From an uncultured Caldilineaceae bacterium (lineage in GTDB: Bacteria > Chloroflexota > Anaerolineae > Caldilineales > Caldilineaceae), in assembly GCA_964551895.1 (NCBI GenBank), contig CAZKEX010000001.1:5020-45698 (forward strand): a stretch of DNA of 40,679 bases, read 5' to 3'. The notes under the pieces were generated by a model. The model did no database searches. It saw only the letters and a program-made list of their open reading frames with translations, and was not told the DNA's origin. The translations under genes and the position numbers were made by a program. Below, piece after piece: positions 10,635-17,881 of the stretch (the first letter of the stretch is position 1; each line of letters opens with the position of its first letter).

Positions 10635-11738
10635 TCAAAGCGTGTCGATCCTGCCCCGATCCACGGCCAGGAGAGCGGTTTGGGCGCAGGCCCGCACCAC
10701 ATGGATCAGGGGCGCGAAGCGGGGATCTTGGGTGTGGCCCAGTGTGTAGCGGCGGTAGATCTGCTGCACGATCACGGCCAGCTTGACCAGGCCGTAGACG
10801 TAGTAAAAAACGGCGTGGTCAACGTTGCGCCCGCTGGCCTGGGCATACTGCTCGACCAACTCCCGGCGGGAGGGGTTGCCGGGCAGGGTGGTGGGGCTAA
10901 ACTGGAAGGTGCGCAGGATCTCCGGGTCGTTTGGCTCCACCCAATAGCCCAGGGAGGTGCCCAGATCCATCAGGGGATCCCCCACCGTGGCCATCTCCCA
11001 ATCCAACACCGCCCGGATCTGGGTCCAGTCCGCCGGGTCCAGGATCAGGTTGTCATATTTGTAGTCGTTGTGGATCAGACATGCCCCATCCCGTTCCTGG
11101 CGAGGCGGCGGCATGTGATCCGCCAGCCAGACCACGGCCCGATCCATCTCTGGGATCTCATCTGTGCGGGCTTTGGCATAGCGGGCGGCCCAGCCGTCGA
11201 TCTGGCGCTGGACGTAGCCCTGGGGCCGGCCCAGGTCAGCGAGACCAGCCGCGGCCACATCCACCTGATGCAGCTCGGCCATATTTTGCACAAAGGCGTG
11301 GGCAATTCCGGCCATCTGCTCGGTGCCCGGGCGCATGGCCGGGGGCATCTGCGCCCGCAGAATCACCCCGGCCACCCGTTCCATGATGTAAAAGGGCGCG
11401 CCCAGGACCGACTCGTCCTCGCAGTAAAGCAGGGCTTTCGGCGCCTTGGCATAGACCGGGCGCAGGTGGGAGAGGATGCGAAACTCCCGGCCCATATCGT
11501 GACCGCCCCGCACATTGGCCCCAAAGGGCGGGCGACGCAGAACCAGCTCCCGGCCCTTCTCCCCCTGGCCCAAACGCACCAAATAGGTCAAATTGGAAAA
11601 GCCCCGGGGAAACTGCTCCACAGCCAACGGGCCGTGGATGCCCCCCAACTGTTCATACAGATAGATCCCCAGCCGCTCCAAGTCTAGCTCTTCCCCGGCG
11701 CGGACGGGGCGGGCGTGGTCGATGAATTCGTCAAGCAT
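10635..11738 (-). CDS. Phosphotransferase (APH/ChoK-like kinase) family protein, ACAD10/11 N-terminal-domain type
   Basis: ORF 10635..11864. I moved the start to ATG 11738 (MLDEFIDHARPV...) because the upstream 42 codons (HCALCIVHCALCIV) are translated heptamer repeat. Catalytic loop LIHNDYKYDNLILD and VLDWEMATVGDP are present. It lies immediately downstream of an ACAD gene. Confidence 0.85.
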   Translation of the reverse strand: MLDEFIDHARPVRAGEELDLERLGIYLYEQLGGIHGPLAVEQFPRGFSNLTYLVRLGQGEKGRELVLRRPPFGANVRGGHDMGREFRILSHLRPVYAKAPKALLYCEDESVLGAPFYIMERVAGVILRAQMPPAMRPGTEQMAGIAHAFVQNMAELHQVDVAAAGLADLGRPQGYVQRQIDGWAARYAKARTDEIPEMDRAVVWLADHMPPPRQERDGACLIHNDYKYDNLILDPADWTQIRAVLDWEMATVGDPLMDLGTSLGYWVEPNDPEILRTFQFSPTTLPGNPSRRELVEQYAQASGRNVDHAVFYYVYGLVKLAVIVQQIYRRYTLGHTQDPRFAPLIHVVRACAQTALLAVDRGRIDTL

Positions 11739-11752
11739 AGGGGTCTCCGATT

Positions 11753-11871
11753 CAATGCACAATGGACAATGGACAATGCACAATGCACAATGCACAATGC
11801 ACAATGCACAATGGACAATGGCGGGTATAGCAAGTCCACCCATTGTGCATTGTGCATTGTGCATTGTCCAT
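11753..11871. repeat. Inverted pair of heptamer arrays (CAATGCA/CAATGGA x ~10 vs CATTGTG x ~4)
   Basis: Left array 11753-11821, spacer cgggtatagcaagtccac, complementary right array 11839-11871. It fills the ACAD-phosphotransferase intergenic gap. Confidence 0.9.
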
Positions 11872-11873
11872 TT

Positions 11874-13079
11874 CTAAATTGAAATGTCTACACCGTAGTC
11901 CCGCAAGATGCGCCGGGCCACCACGCTCTTGTGGACCTCGTCCGCGCCGTCGTAGATGCGGGCGGCCCGCTCGTGGCGGAACCAGAAGGAGAGCACCGTG
12001 TCGTCCGTGACACCCAGGCCGCCGTGGACTTGGATGGCCCGGTCCAGCACCCGCTGCAACACGTTGGCCACGTGAAACTTGATCAGGGAGATGTCCACCC
12101 GGGCCGCGTAGGCCCCCGCTTCGTCGATCTTGTGGGCCGTGTTGAGGACGAGGAGGCGGGCGGCGTCGATCTCGGCCCGGCTCTCGGCGATCATGTGTTG
12201 GACGGCCTGGCGGGTGGCCAGGGGCTTGCCGGGGGCCAGTTCCCGGCGGGCGGCGTAGGCGCAGGTCATGTCCAAGGCCCGGCGGGCGATGCCCAGCCAG
12301 CGCATGGTGTGGTGGATGCGCCCCGGTCCCAGGCGTTCCTGGGCCAGGGCAAAGCCGCTGCCCTCGTCGCCCAGGCGGTTGGTCTGGGGCACCCGGCAGT
12401 TCTCGAACCGTACCTCGGAATGGCTCAGATAGCCCTCCCCCTCCTCGCCCATGATGCGCATGCGGCGCACATGCACATAGCCCGGCGCGTCCGTGGGCAC
12501 GATGATCTGGCTGGCCCGTTTGTAGCGGCTGGCCTCCGGGTCGGTGATGGCCATTGTGACCGCAAAGGCGGCGCCGTCTGCGGCCGTGGTGAACCACTTG
12601 TGGCCGTTGATCACATAGTCGTCCCCGTCCTTGACCGCCGTGGTACTCATGATTACCGGGTTAGAGCCGGCGTGCTCCGGCTCGGTCATGGCGAAGCAAC
12701 TGCGGATCTTGCCCTCGGCCAATGGACGCAGCCACCGCTCGTGCTGGGCCGGGCTGCCGAAGAGGTGGAGCAGTTCCATGTTGCCGATGTCCGGCGCGTT
12801 GACGTTGCAGACGTAGTGGCCCAGGGGCGACGTGCCCAACTCCTCGCTGATGTGGGCGAACTCGGAGAGGCTCAACCCCATGCCGCCAAACGCTGCGGGC
12901 AGATGGGGGGTCCACAGGCCGAGATCCTTGGCCATTTGGCGCTTTTTGGCCAGGATCGGCTCCAGCACGCCAAAGCCCTCCTGCAACAGGGTTGGCTCCA
13001 GGGGCAAGATTTCCTCGTTCAAAAAGTGACGAATCCGGGTCAACATGGGCGCGACACGGGGAGAGGGGTCGAAGGGCAT
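11874..13079 (-). CDS. Acyl-CoA dehydrogenase family protein (ACAD10/11 / FadE2-like)
   Basis: 401-aa ORF with typical ACAD blocks: CFAMTEPEHAGSNPV, INGHKWFTT, and the C-terminal IYDGADEVHK. Confidence 0.9.
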   Translation of the reverse strand: MPFDPSPRVAPMLTRIRHFLNEEILPLEPTLLQEGFGVLEPILAKKRQMAKDLGLWTPHLPAAFGGMGLSLSEFAHISEELGTSPLGHYVCNVNAPDIGNMELLHLFGSPAQHERWLRPLAEGKIRSCFAMTEPEHAGSNPVIMSTTAVKDGDDYVINGHKWFTTAADGAAFAVTMAITDPEASRYKRASQIIVPTDAPGYVHVRRMRIMGEEGEGYLSHSEVRFENCRVPQTNRLGDEGSGFALAQERLGPGRIHHTMRWLGIARRALDMTCAYAARRELAPGKPLATRQAVQHMIAESRAEIDAARLLVLNTAHKIDEAGAYAARVDISLIKFHVANVLQRVLDRAIQVHGGLGVTDDTVLSFWFRHERAARIYDGADEVHKSVVARRILRDYGVDISI

Positions 13080-13092
13080 GGGATGGCTCCTG

Positions 13093-13152
13093 TGGGTGGG
13101 TGGGTGGGTGGGTTGGTTGGTTTGTTGGTTGGTTGGTTGGTTGGTTGATTGG
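13093..13152. repeat. (GGGT)n/(GGTT)n low-complexity array upstream of ACAD start
   Basis: gtgggtgggtgggtgggtgggttggttggtttgttggttggttggttggttggttgattgg. The same TTGG/TTGATTGG-type arrays recur at 16435-16466, 37105-37171, 37955-37984, 39579-39640 and 39783-39805. Confidence 0.9.
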
Positions 13153-13214
13153 GGTGTGGGGGTATCTTACTCTTGGGGGGGCGGAGAGGTCAAGGTGGGG
13201 GATACGACATCACC

Positions 13215-13277
13215 TTTCCGGGAATGGGCCAACACCATCCACTTGACCCAAGATCGTTCCGGCCCTTTCCCGGAAAG
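13215..13277. repeat. ~63-bp hairpin repeat, 'CCGGGAATGGGCC' family, copy 1
   Basis: tttccgggaatgggccaa-N-acccaagatcgttccggccctttcccggaaag. The terminal ttccgggaa / ttcccggaa and gggcc / ggccc segments are inverted repeats. Related copies are at 16787-16850, 17024-17081 (inverted) and 17101-17163. Confidence 0.8.
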
Positions 13278-13447
13278 CCCAAGTGCATGGGTTTTTCAAA
13301 AGTCGAGATGACCGGTGGGGTCGCCTTGCCACAGATAGTGAACAGTGCTACCATTCTCCCATTCTCCCATTCCCTATCGAAGATAATCACAAGTTTGTCG
13401 CCAATGCCCAATGAACCAGACGACAAACCCTATGAGGAGAAACCCAT

Positions 13448-14161
13448 ATGGATTTTGACATTCATGCCCTTGACGAAGACGACGGATCTGGCGACGACAC
13501 AGAGCGCTTTGAGGCGTTTCAGGATGAGTTGCTCGAACTCTTTTTGCAGTCACCCGAGGGGATCCCTTACAACATAGATCCTGAAGAAGATCCCGAAAAC
13601 AGCGCCTTTTGGACCGCCATGTTCCTTTACTATGGATACATGTACGTGGGCGTCCCGCTTACTCAAATGGACGAGGAAGACGCGGGCGAGGTCGTCTACA
13701 ACCTCTTCCCCCGCAAGATCTCCCTGACATCGAGGGAGGAAGCGGAGGGGGCGATTGCAGAGTTGATCGCCTTTTGGACCTTTCTGAAGCGGGCGTTTGC
13801 CCTGGAAGCCGCCGATGCCATCCTGGACTATCTGAATGAGATCCCCGAGGAGATGTTCATCGAGGCCATGTTTGATCCGGCGCGGTCCGGCATGGGAAAA
13901 TCCCTCATCATGGCTGGGACTGCGGCCGGCTATGATATGAGCAACGAGGTTGAACTCAACAAGTTTATGGTTGAGTACAACGCCAGACTCATGTCCGATG
14001 ATTCGCCGGAGGACGAGGAATCGCCCTTCGATCTGTACTCAGACGAAAACCTCCCCCCAATTCGGTTCTATTCAGCGGACGAGGCCAAAAAGAAGAAGAC
14101 CAAACGCAAACAGACCAAGGCATCCCGCAAGAAAAACCGCAAGAAGAAGAAAAAGAAGTAG
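13448..14161 (+). CDS. Hypothetical protein with strongly acidic body and poly-lysine C-terminal tail
   Basis: ATG 13448 is preceded by GAGGAG. N-terminus MDFDIHALDEDDGSGDD; C-terminus KKKKTKRKQTKASRKKNRKKKKKK. Local GC is lower than the flanks. No family recognised. Confidence 0.7.
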   Translation: MDFDIHALDEDDGSGDDTERFEAFQDELLELFLQSPEGIPYNIDPEEDPENSAFWTAMFLYYGYMYVGVPLTQMDEEDAGEVVYNLFPRKISLTSREEAEGAIAELIAFWTFLKRAFALEAADAILDYLNEIPEEMFIEAMFDPARSGMGKSLIMAGTAAGYDMSNEVELNKFMVEYNARLMSDDSPEDEESPFDLYSDENLPPIRFYSADEAKKKKTKRKQTKASRKKNRKKKKKK

Positions 14162-14245
14162 ATCCGAGGTACCGATCCATTCGTGGCCAGAAAAAGGATT
14201 CTGGCCGACAACAAACAGAACCACTACACAAAAGGAGAAGAAAAC

Positions 14246-14494
14246 ATGGCATCGTTTATCGGTTGGTTGATCATCGGCGGGTTGGGCGGCTGGCTGGCAG
14301 GCAAGATCATGCGGGGCGGCGGCTTTGGCGTACTTGGCAATATCGTGATCGGTGTGGTCGGCGCGGTGGTGGGCGGCTACATCTTCGGGCTGTTGGGCCT
14401 TTCGGCGGATGGATTCATTGGCTCCCTGATCACCGCCGTGGTGGGCGCCGTGGCATTGCTCTATGTGGCAGGATTGCTGACCAAGGGAAAGTAA
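14246..14494 (+). CDS. GlsB/YeaQ/YmgE family stress-response membrane protein
   Basis: ORF 14183..14494. I moved the start to ATG 14246, which has AAAGGAG upstream. MASFIGWLIIGGLGGWLAGKIMRGGGFGVLGNIVIGVVGAVVGGYIFGLLG is the characteristic Gly-zipper sequence of this family. Confidence 0.85.
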   Translation: MASFIGWLIIGGLGGWLAGKIMRGGGFGVLGNIVIGVVGAVVGGYIFGLLGLSADGFIGSLITAVVGAVALLYVAGLLTKGK

Positions 14495-14501
14495 TAACAC
14501 C

Positions 14502-14909
14502 ATGATGGATGCCACAGACTACGCCGCCCGCCTGGGCAAGCTCCTGGGCGTGGGTGTACCCCTGACCTGGCCCAAACAAGGGGAGGACCAGATGGCCCTG
14601 ATGGGCGCGGCGGCCCTGGGGCTGGAGCCGGCCCGGCGCTATTCGGAGAAGGAACTCAACGTCGCCCTGGCCGCCTGGCTGGAACGCTTCTCCCGGCCCG
14701 GCGGGCTGGACCATGTGACCCTGCGCCGCTATCTGATCGACTTCCGCTTTGTGGACCGGGAGAGCGACGGCAGCGCCTATTGGGTGGACCGGGACGAGTT
14801 GGCCCAGGAGTTCGAGCTGTCGGTCTTTGACCTGAAGACCCAGGCCATCGTTGACGCGGTCAAGGCAGAGCGGGCCGAACGGCGGCGGCAGTGGCGGGCG
14901 GCAAAGTAG
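14502..14909 (+). CDS. DUF2087-like domain protein
   Basis: 135-aa ORF. The block YSEKELNVALAAWLERFS...DHVTLRRYLIDFRFVDRESDGSAYW resembles the DUF2087 pattern (E.E.N..L....D...LRR.L.D). Recognised by eye only. Confidence 0.6.
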   Translation: MMDATDYAARLGKLLGVGVPLTWPKQGEDQMALMGAAALGLEPARRYSEKELNVALAAWLERFSRPGGLDHVTLRRYLIDFRFVDRESDGSAYWVDRDELAQEFELSVFDLKTQAIVDAVKAERAERRRQWRAAK

Positions 14910-14912
14910 GGG

Positions 14913-16424
14913 CTATGCGGCGTCCCGCTCGTAACCGGCCTGGGGCATGACGTCGATCTCGCCGATGTCGGCGCAGGATCGGTCCCGGAAGCGGGCGAAG
15001 AAGGCGAGCAGCCGGTAGACGTCGGCGAAGTTGGTGGCCAGCCCCACGCTGACCCGAATGGCGCTGACGCTGATGTTGTGGCGCTCCTGCATGATCTCCA
15101 CCAGTTGGTTGAAGTACAACCCCTCCCCACCCACAAAGAAAGTGCGCATGAGATCCCTGGGGATGGCGTAGGTGGTCTCGCCACAGCCGGGGTTGCAGAA
15201 ACAGCCCGTGCGCAAGGAGATGCGGGCCTTGGCGGCCAGATGCTCCACCTGGCCCGAGGAGATGGCCCCGCCGTCTGGGTCCAGCAGGTTGAGGGCCAGG
15301 GTGCCACCCCGGTCCATCAGGTTTTGGGGACCGTGGATCTGCACCAAGGGCTGGCCGTTGCTGTGGCGCAGGGCGGTCAACTCGTCCAGCAGCCAGCCGG
15401 TCAGACAGGCCACCCGCTGGCCGATGGTCTCCATGCCGATCTTGTCCAAATGGCGCAGACCGATCTCCACCGCGGGCAGGGTGAGATAGTTGACCGTGCC
15501 GTCCTCGAACCCAGCTTCCCCGTCCACCAAATAGTGACCATCCCCGCCCACAGAGGCGATGGTGATGGTGCCCCCGGCAAACCAGGGCCGCCGCAGACGG
15601 GTCAAGGCCTCCCGCCGGGCGATCAGCGCGCCCACGCCGGTGGGATAGCCAAACATCTTGTAAAAGGAGAGGCAGACGAAATCTGGCCGGTGCGCGCTCA
15701 GGTCCAAAGGATTGGTGGGGGCGAAGGCCGCGGCGTCCAACAACACGTCCCAGCCCAAGGCCCGGGCCTTTTCGATGAGGCCCAAAGGATGTTTTACCCC
15801 AGAAAAGTTGGATTGGGCTGGGAAGGCCAACAACCGAGGCGTCCCCCCATTTTTCTCAGACAAAACCGCGTTCAACGCGGCCTCGTCCAAGCGCAGGTCC
15901 GTCCCGGTGATGGGCAGATAGCTGACCCTGGCTCCCTTGGCCTTGGCAAATTCCCGGATGCCGTTGACCGAGTTGTGGTCGTCGGCGCAGAGGGCATAGT
16001 GGCCCCCCGGCCCAAAGGGATAGGCCTCGCCCACCAATTTGAGGGCGTTGCTGGCGTTGGCGGTGAAGATGACCGTGTATTCGGCCGGGTCGGCGTTGAA
16101 GTAGTGCAGCACGTAGGCCCGGGCCCGCTCCACCAGCTCGGTCATGGCGCTGGAGGTGGGGTTGTGGGAGTGGGGATTGCCAAAGACGCCCTTGCGCAAC
16201 ATCTCCATGTGGGCCGTGATCTGGCTGTCGGCGTAGAGGCCGCCGCCGGTATAGTCCAGATAGATATGGTTCTCCCGGTCCAGGCGCCCGTAGTCCGTGG
16301 CCCGCAGGTCATCCAAAATTTTAGTTTGAGAAAAGGTGGGATAGCGGGTCAAGAAATCGGCAAATGCCACCTCTTTCTGCGCGGACCCATAGGTGGGGCG
16401 GACATGGGAATGGTTGGTTGTCAT
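14913..16424 (-). CDS. Class V aminotransferase-fold PLP enzyme, MOCOS/ABA3 NifS-like (cysteine desulfurase/sulfurase type)
   Basis: ORF 14913..16859. I moved the start to ATG 16424 (AGGAG upstream; MTTNHSHVRPTYG...) because the upstream 145 codons are translated repeats. Supporting motifs are LSFYKMFGYPTGVGALI and the C-terminal RTGCFCNPGCGE active-site Cys motif. Confidence 0.85.
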   Translation of the reverse strand: MTTNHSHVRPTYGSAQKEVAFADFLTRYPTFSQTKILDDLRATDYGRLDRENHIYLDYTGGGLYADSQITAHMEMLRKGVFGNPHSHNPTSSAMTELVERARAYVLHYFNADPAEYTVIFTANASNALKLVGEAYPFGPGGHYALCADDHNSVNGIREFAKAKGARVSYLPITGTDLRLDEAALNAVLSEKNGGTPRLLAFPAQSNFSGVKHPLGLIEKARALGWDVLLDAAAFAPTNPLDLSAHRPDFVCLSFYKMFGYPTGVGALIARREALTRLRRPWFAGGTITIASVGGDGHYLVDGEAGFEDGTVNYLTLPAVEIGLRHLDKIGMETIGQRVACLTGWLLDELTALRHSNGQPLVQIHGPQNLMDRGGTLALNLLDPDGGAISSGQVEHLAAKARISLRTGCFCNPGCGETTYAIPRDLMRTFFVGGEGLYFNQLVEIMQERHNISVSAIRVSVGLATNFADVYRLLAFFARFRDRSCADIGEIDVMPQAGYERDAA

Positions 16425-16466
16425 GGGATCTCCTGGGATTGGTTGATTGGTTGATTGGTTGATTTG

Positions 16467-16609
16467 TGACTCTGCTGCAAAAAGCCAATTTTCACCGCAA
16501 AGACGCCAAGGACGCAAAGATTTCAAGGAAGATTGAGAAGAGAAATCTTGTTTTTCTTTGTGTTCTCTGCGCCTTTGCGGTGAATTCTTAGTTTTTGCAG
16601 CGGAGTCAC
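16467..16609. mobile_element. 143-bp imperfect-palindromic MITE-like element, copy A
   Basis: tgactctgctgcaaaaagcc...tagtttttgcagcggagtcac. It equals the reverse complement of 39641-39782 with only 2 mismatches. Terminal inverted repeats are gactctgctgcaaaaa / tttttgcagcggagtc. It is flanked by TTGATTGG arrays. Confidence 0.85.
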
Positions 16610-16664
16610 TTGTTGATTGGTTGGGCGGGGGATTAAGAGATTGGGGGATTTGAACACGGAACAC

Positions 16665-16728
16665 GCCATTCGCCATTTGCCATTCGCCATTCGCCATTCG
16701 CCATTCGCCATTCACCATTCGCCATTTG
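16665..16728. repeat. Heptamer array (GCCATTC)x9
   Basis: gccattcgccatttgccattcgccattcgccattcgccattcgccattcaccattcgccatttg. The same unit occurs in hypF at 25889-26023 and 26818-26853. Confidence 0.9.
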
Positions 16729-16956
16729 TCCAAGCATACGCCATGAGCCGGGGGGGATGCAAACCGAGGATTCTGTGGAGCGCAGTCATTCCGGGAATGG
16801 GCCAAGGCTATTCCCTCGACCCAGGATCGTCCCGGCCCCTTCCCGGAATGCTCACACACCTAAAGCGCCGCCCCCCACCCCAGGAAGCCCGCATACTGTG
16901 TCCCGGTTCGATCTGGGGTATTATGCAGAACCCAACCGCCCACGCATTGGGGCAGG

Positions 16957-17213
16957 TTTGAAACCCATAGGCATCAAGCCAAGGAATCGGGTGTGGATCA
17001 GCGGGTTGGAAACAAGCTGGGCAATCCCGGAAAGGGCCGGTTCTTCCTGGGATCATGCAGCAGTCTTGGCCCATTCCGGGATTGGTGGGGAGATCTCGTC
17101 CATTCCGGGAAAGGGCCAACGCTAGGTTCTCAACCCAAAATGTCCCGGCCCATTCCCGGAATGCCCAATTCTTAAGCGCAAAATCCTCAGCTTGATGCCT
17201 TTGGGTTTGAAAT
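16957..17213. repeat. ~257-bp composite element bounded by ~20-bp inverted repeats and carrying two 'CCGGGAATGGGCC' hairpin copies
   Basis: Left end gtttgaaacccataggcatcaagc (16957-16979); right end gcttgatgcctttgggtttgaaat (17190-17213), with one mismatch in the 19-bp core. The internal copies are at 17024-17081 and 17101-17163, and a further copy lies just outside at 16787-16850. Confidence 0.7.
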
Positions 17214-17253
17214 CTGTCCCTACGGTGCAACATTTTCATCCAAGGAGAGAGCC

Positions 17254-17706
17254 ATGAAATCATATACCAAGCCCACTGACACGGAACTGCGCAAGAAATT
17301 GAACCCCCGCCAATACCAGGTCACCCAGCACGACGCCACGGAGCCGCCCTTCCAGAACGAGTTCTGGGATCACAAGGAGGCGGGCATCTATGTGGACATC
17401 GTCTCCGGCGAGCCCCTCTTCAGCTCCCTGGACAAGTTCGACGCCCACTGCGGCTGGCCCAGCTTCACCCAGCCCTTGGCGGCGGAGCGGGTCAAAGAGA
17501 AGCGTGATTTCAAGCTGATCATGCCCCGGACGGAAGTGCGCTCCAAGGACGGGGATTCCCACCTGGGCCATGTCTTCAACGATGGGCCGAAACCCACGGG
17601 ACTGCGCTACTGCATCAACTCCGCGGCCTTGCGCTTCATCCCCGTGGACCAGTTGGAGGCCGAGGGCTACGGCGAATTTCTGGCCCAGTTTCAAGCAAAC
17701 GGCTAG
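17254..17706 (+). CDS. msrB: Peptide-methionine (R)-S-oxide reductase
   Basis: 150 aa with GGAGAG upstream. Motifs [28 protein letters not shown] and [22 protein letters not shown] are canonical MsrB (SelR). Confidence 0.95.
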   Translation: MKSYTKPTDTELRKKLNPRQYQVTQHDATEPPFQNEFWDHKEAGIYVDIVSGEPLFSSLDKFDAHCGWPSFTQPLAAERVKEKRDFKLIMPRTEVRSKDGDSHLGHVFNDGPKPTGLRYCINSAALRFIPVDQLEAEGYGEFLAQFQANG

Positions 17707-17733
17707 CGCGGAACCGGTCGGGGCGGACGGACG

Positions 17734-17874
17734 TTAGCCCCTCACCAACGAAATTCTTGCTTCTTGTGCAAGAGTTTTTACCACCAAGGCACAAAGACAC
17801 GAAGGTCCACGAAGGAAAAGATTTTAGTGTTTCTTTGTGCCTTCGTGCCTTTGTGGTGAACTTTTTTGCAGAAA
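17734..17874. repeat. Composite intergenic element: 'TTAGCCCCTCACC..ATTCTTGC' hairpin module + imperfect palindrome (cacgaaggtccacgaagg type)
   Basis: The 5' module matches 36281-36307 (ttagcccctcaccgaccagattcttgc). The palindromic part (caccaaggcacaaagacacgaagg ... ccttcgtgcctttgtggtg) shares gaaggtccacgaag with 22005-22102. Confidence 0.7.
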
Positions 17875-17881
17875 ATCAACC

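Noticed and set aside
11753-11871. Possible CRISPR arrays (the heptamer arrays here and elsewhere, and the 2 x 102-bp repeat at 33619-33810)
   Set aside because: The units are 7-8 nt with no unique spacers, or in the other case only two long direct units. There are no 25-40-nt repeat/spacer periodicity and no cas genes in the window.
16425-16859. N-terminal extensions of ORFs through repeat regions (14913..16859, 10635..11864, 24540..24926, 36413..37594, 35481..35597, 17837..17881)
   Set aside because: The extensions translate tandem or palindromic repeats (MANGEWRMANGE, HCALCIV, NQSTNQ and similar) or the antisense of a neighbouring gene. Internal ATGs with good Shine-Dalgarno motifs give canonical N-termini (for example MCLGVPG for HypC).
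16617-17263. ORFs 16617..16961, 16757..17125, 16808..17263 and 16993..17175 in the msrB upstream gap
   Set aside because: The whole interval is built from repeat elements. The peptides are repeat translations (PFPGMGQ and similar) with no RBS or start context.
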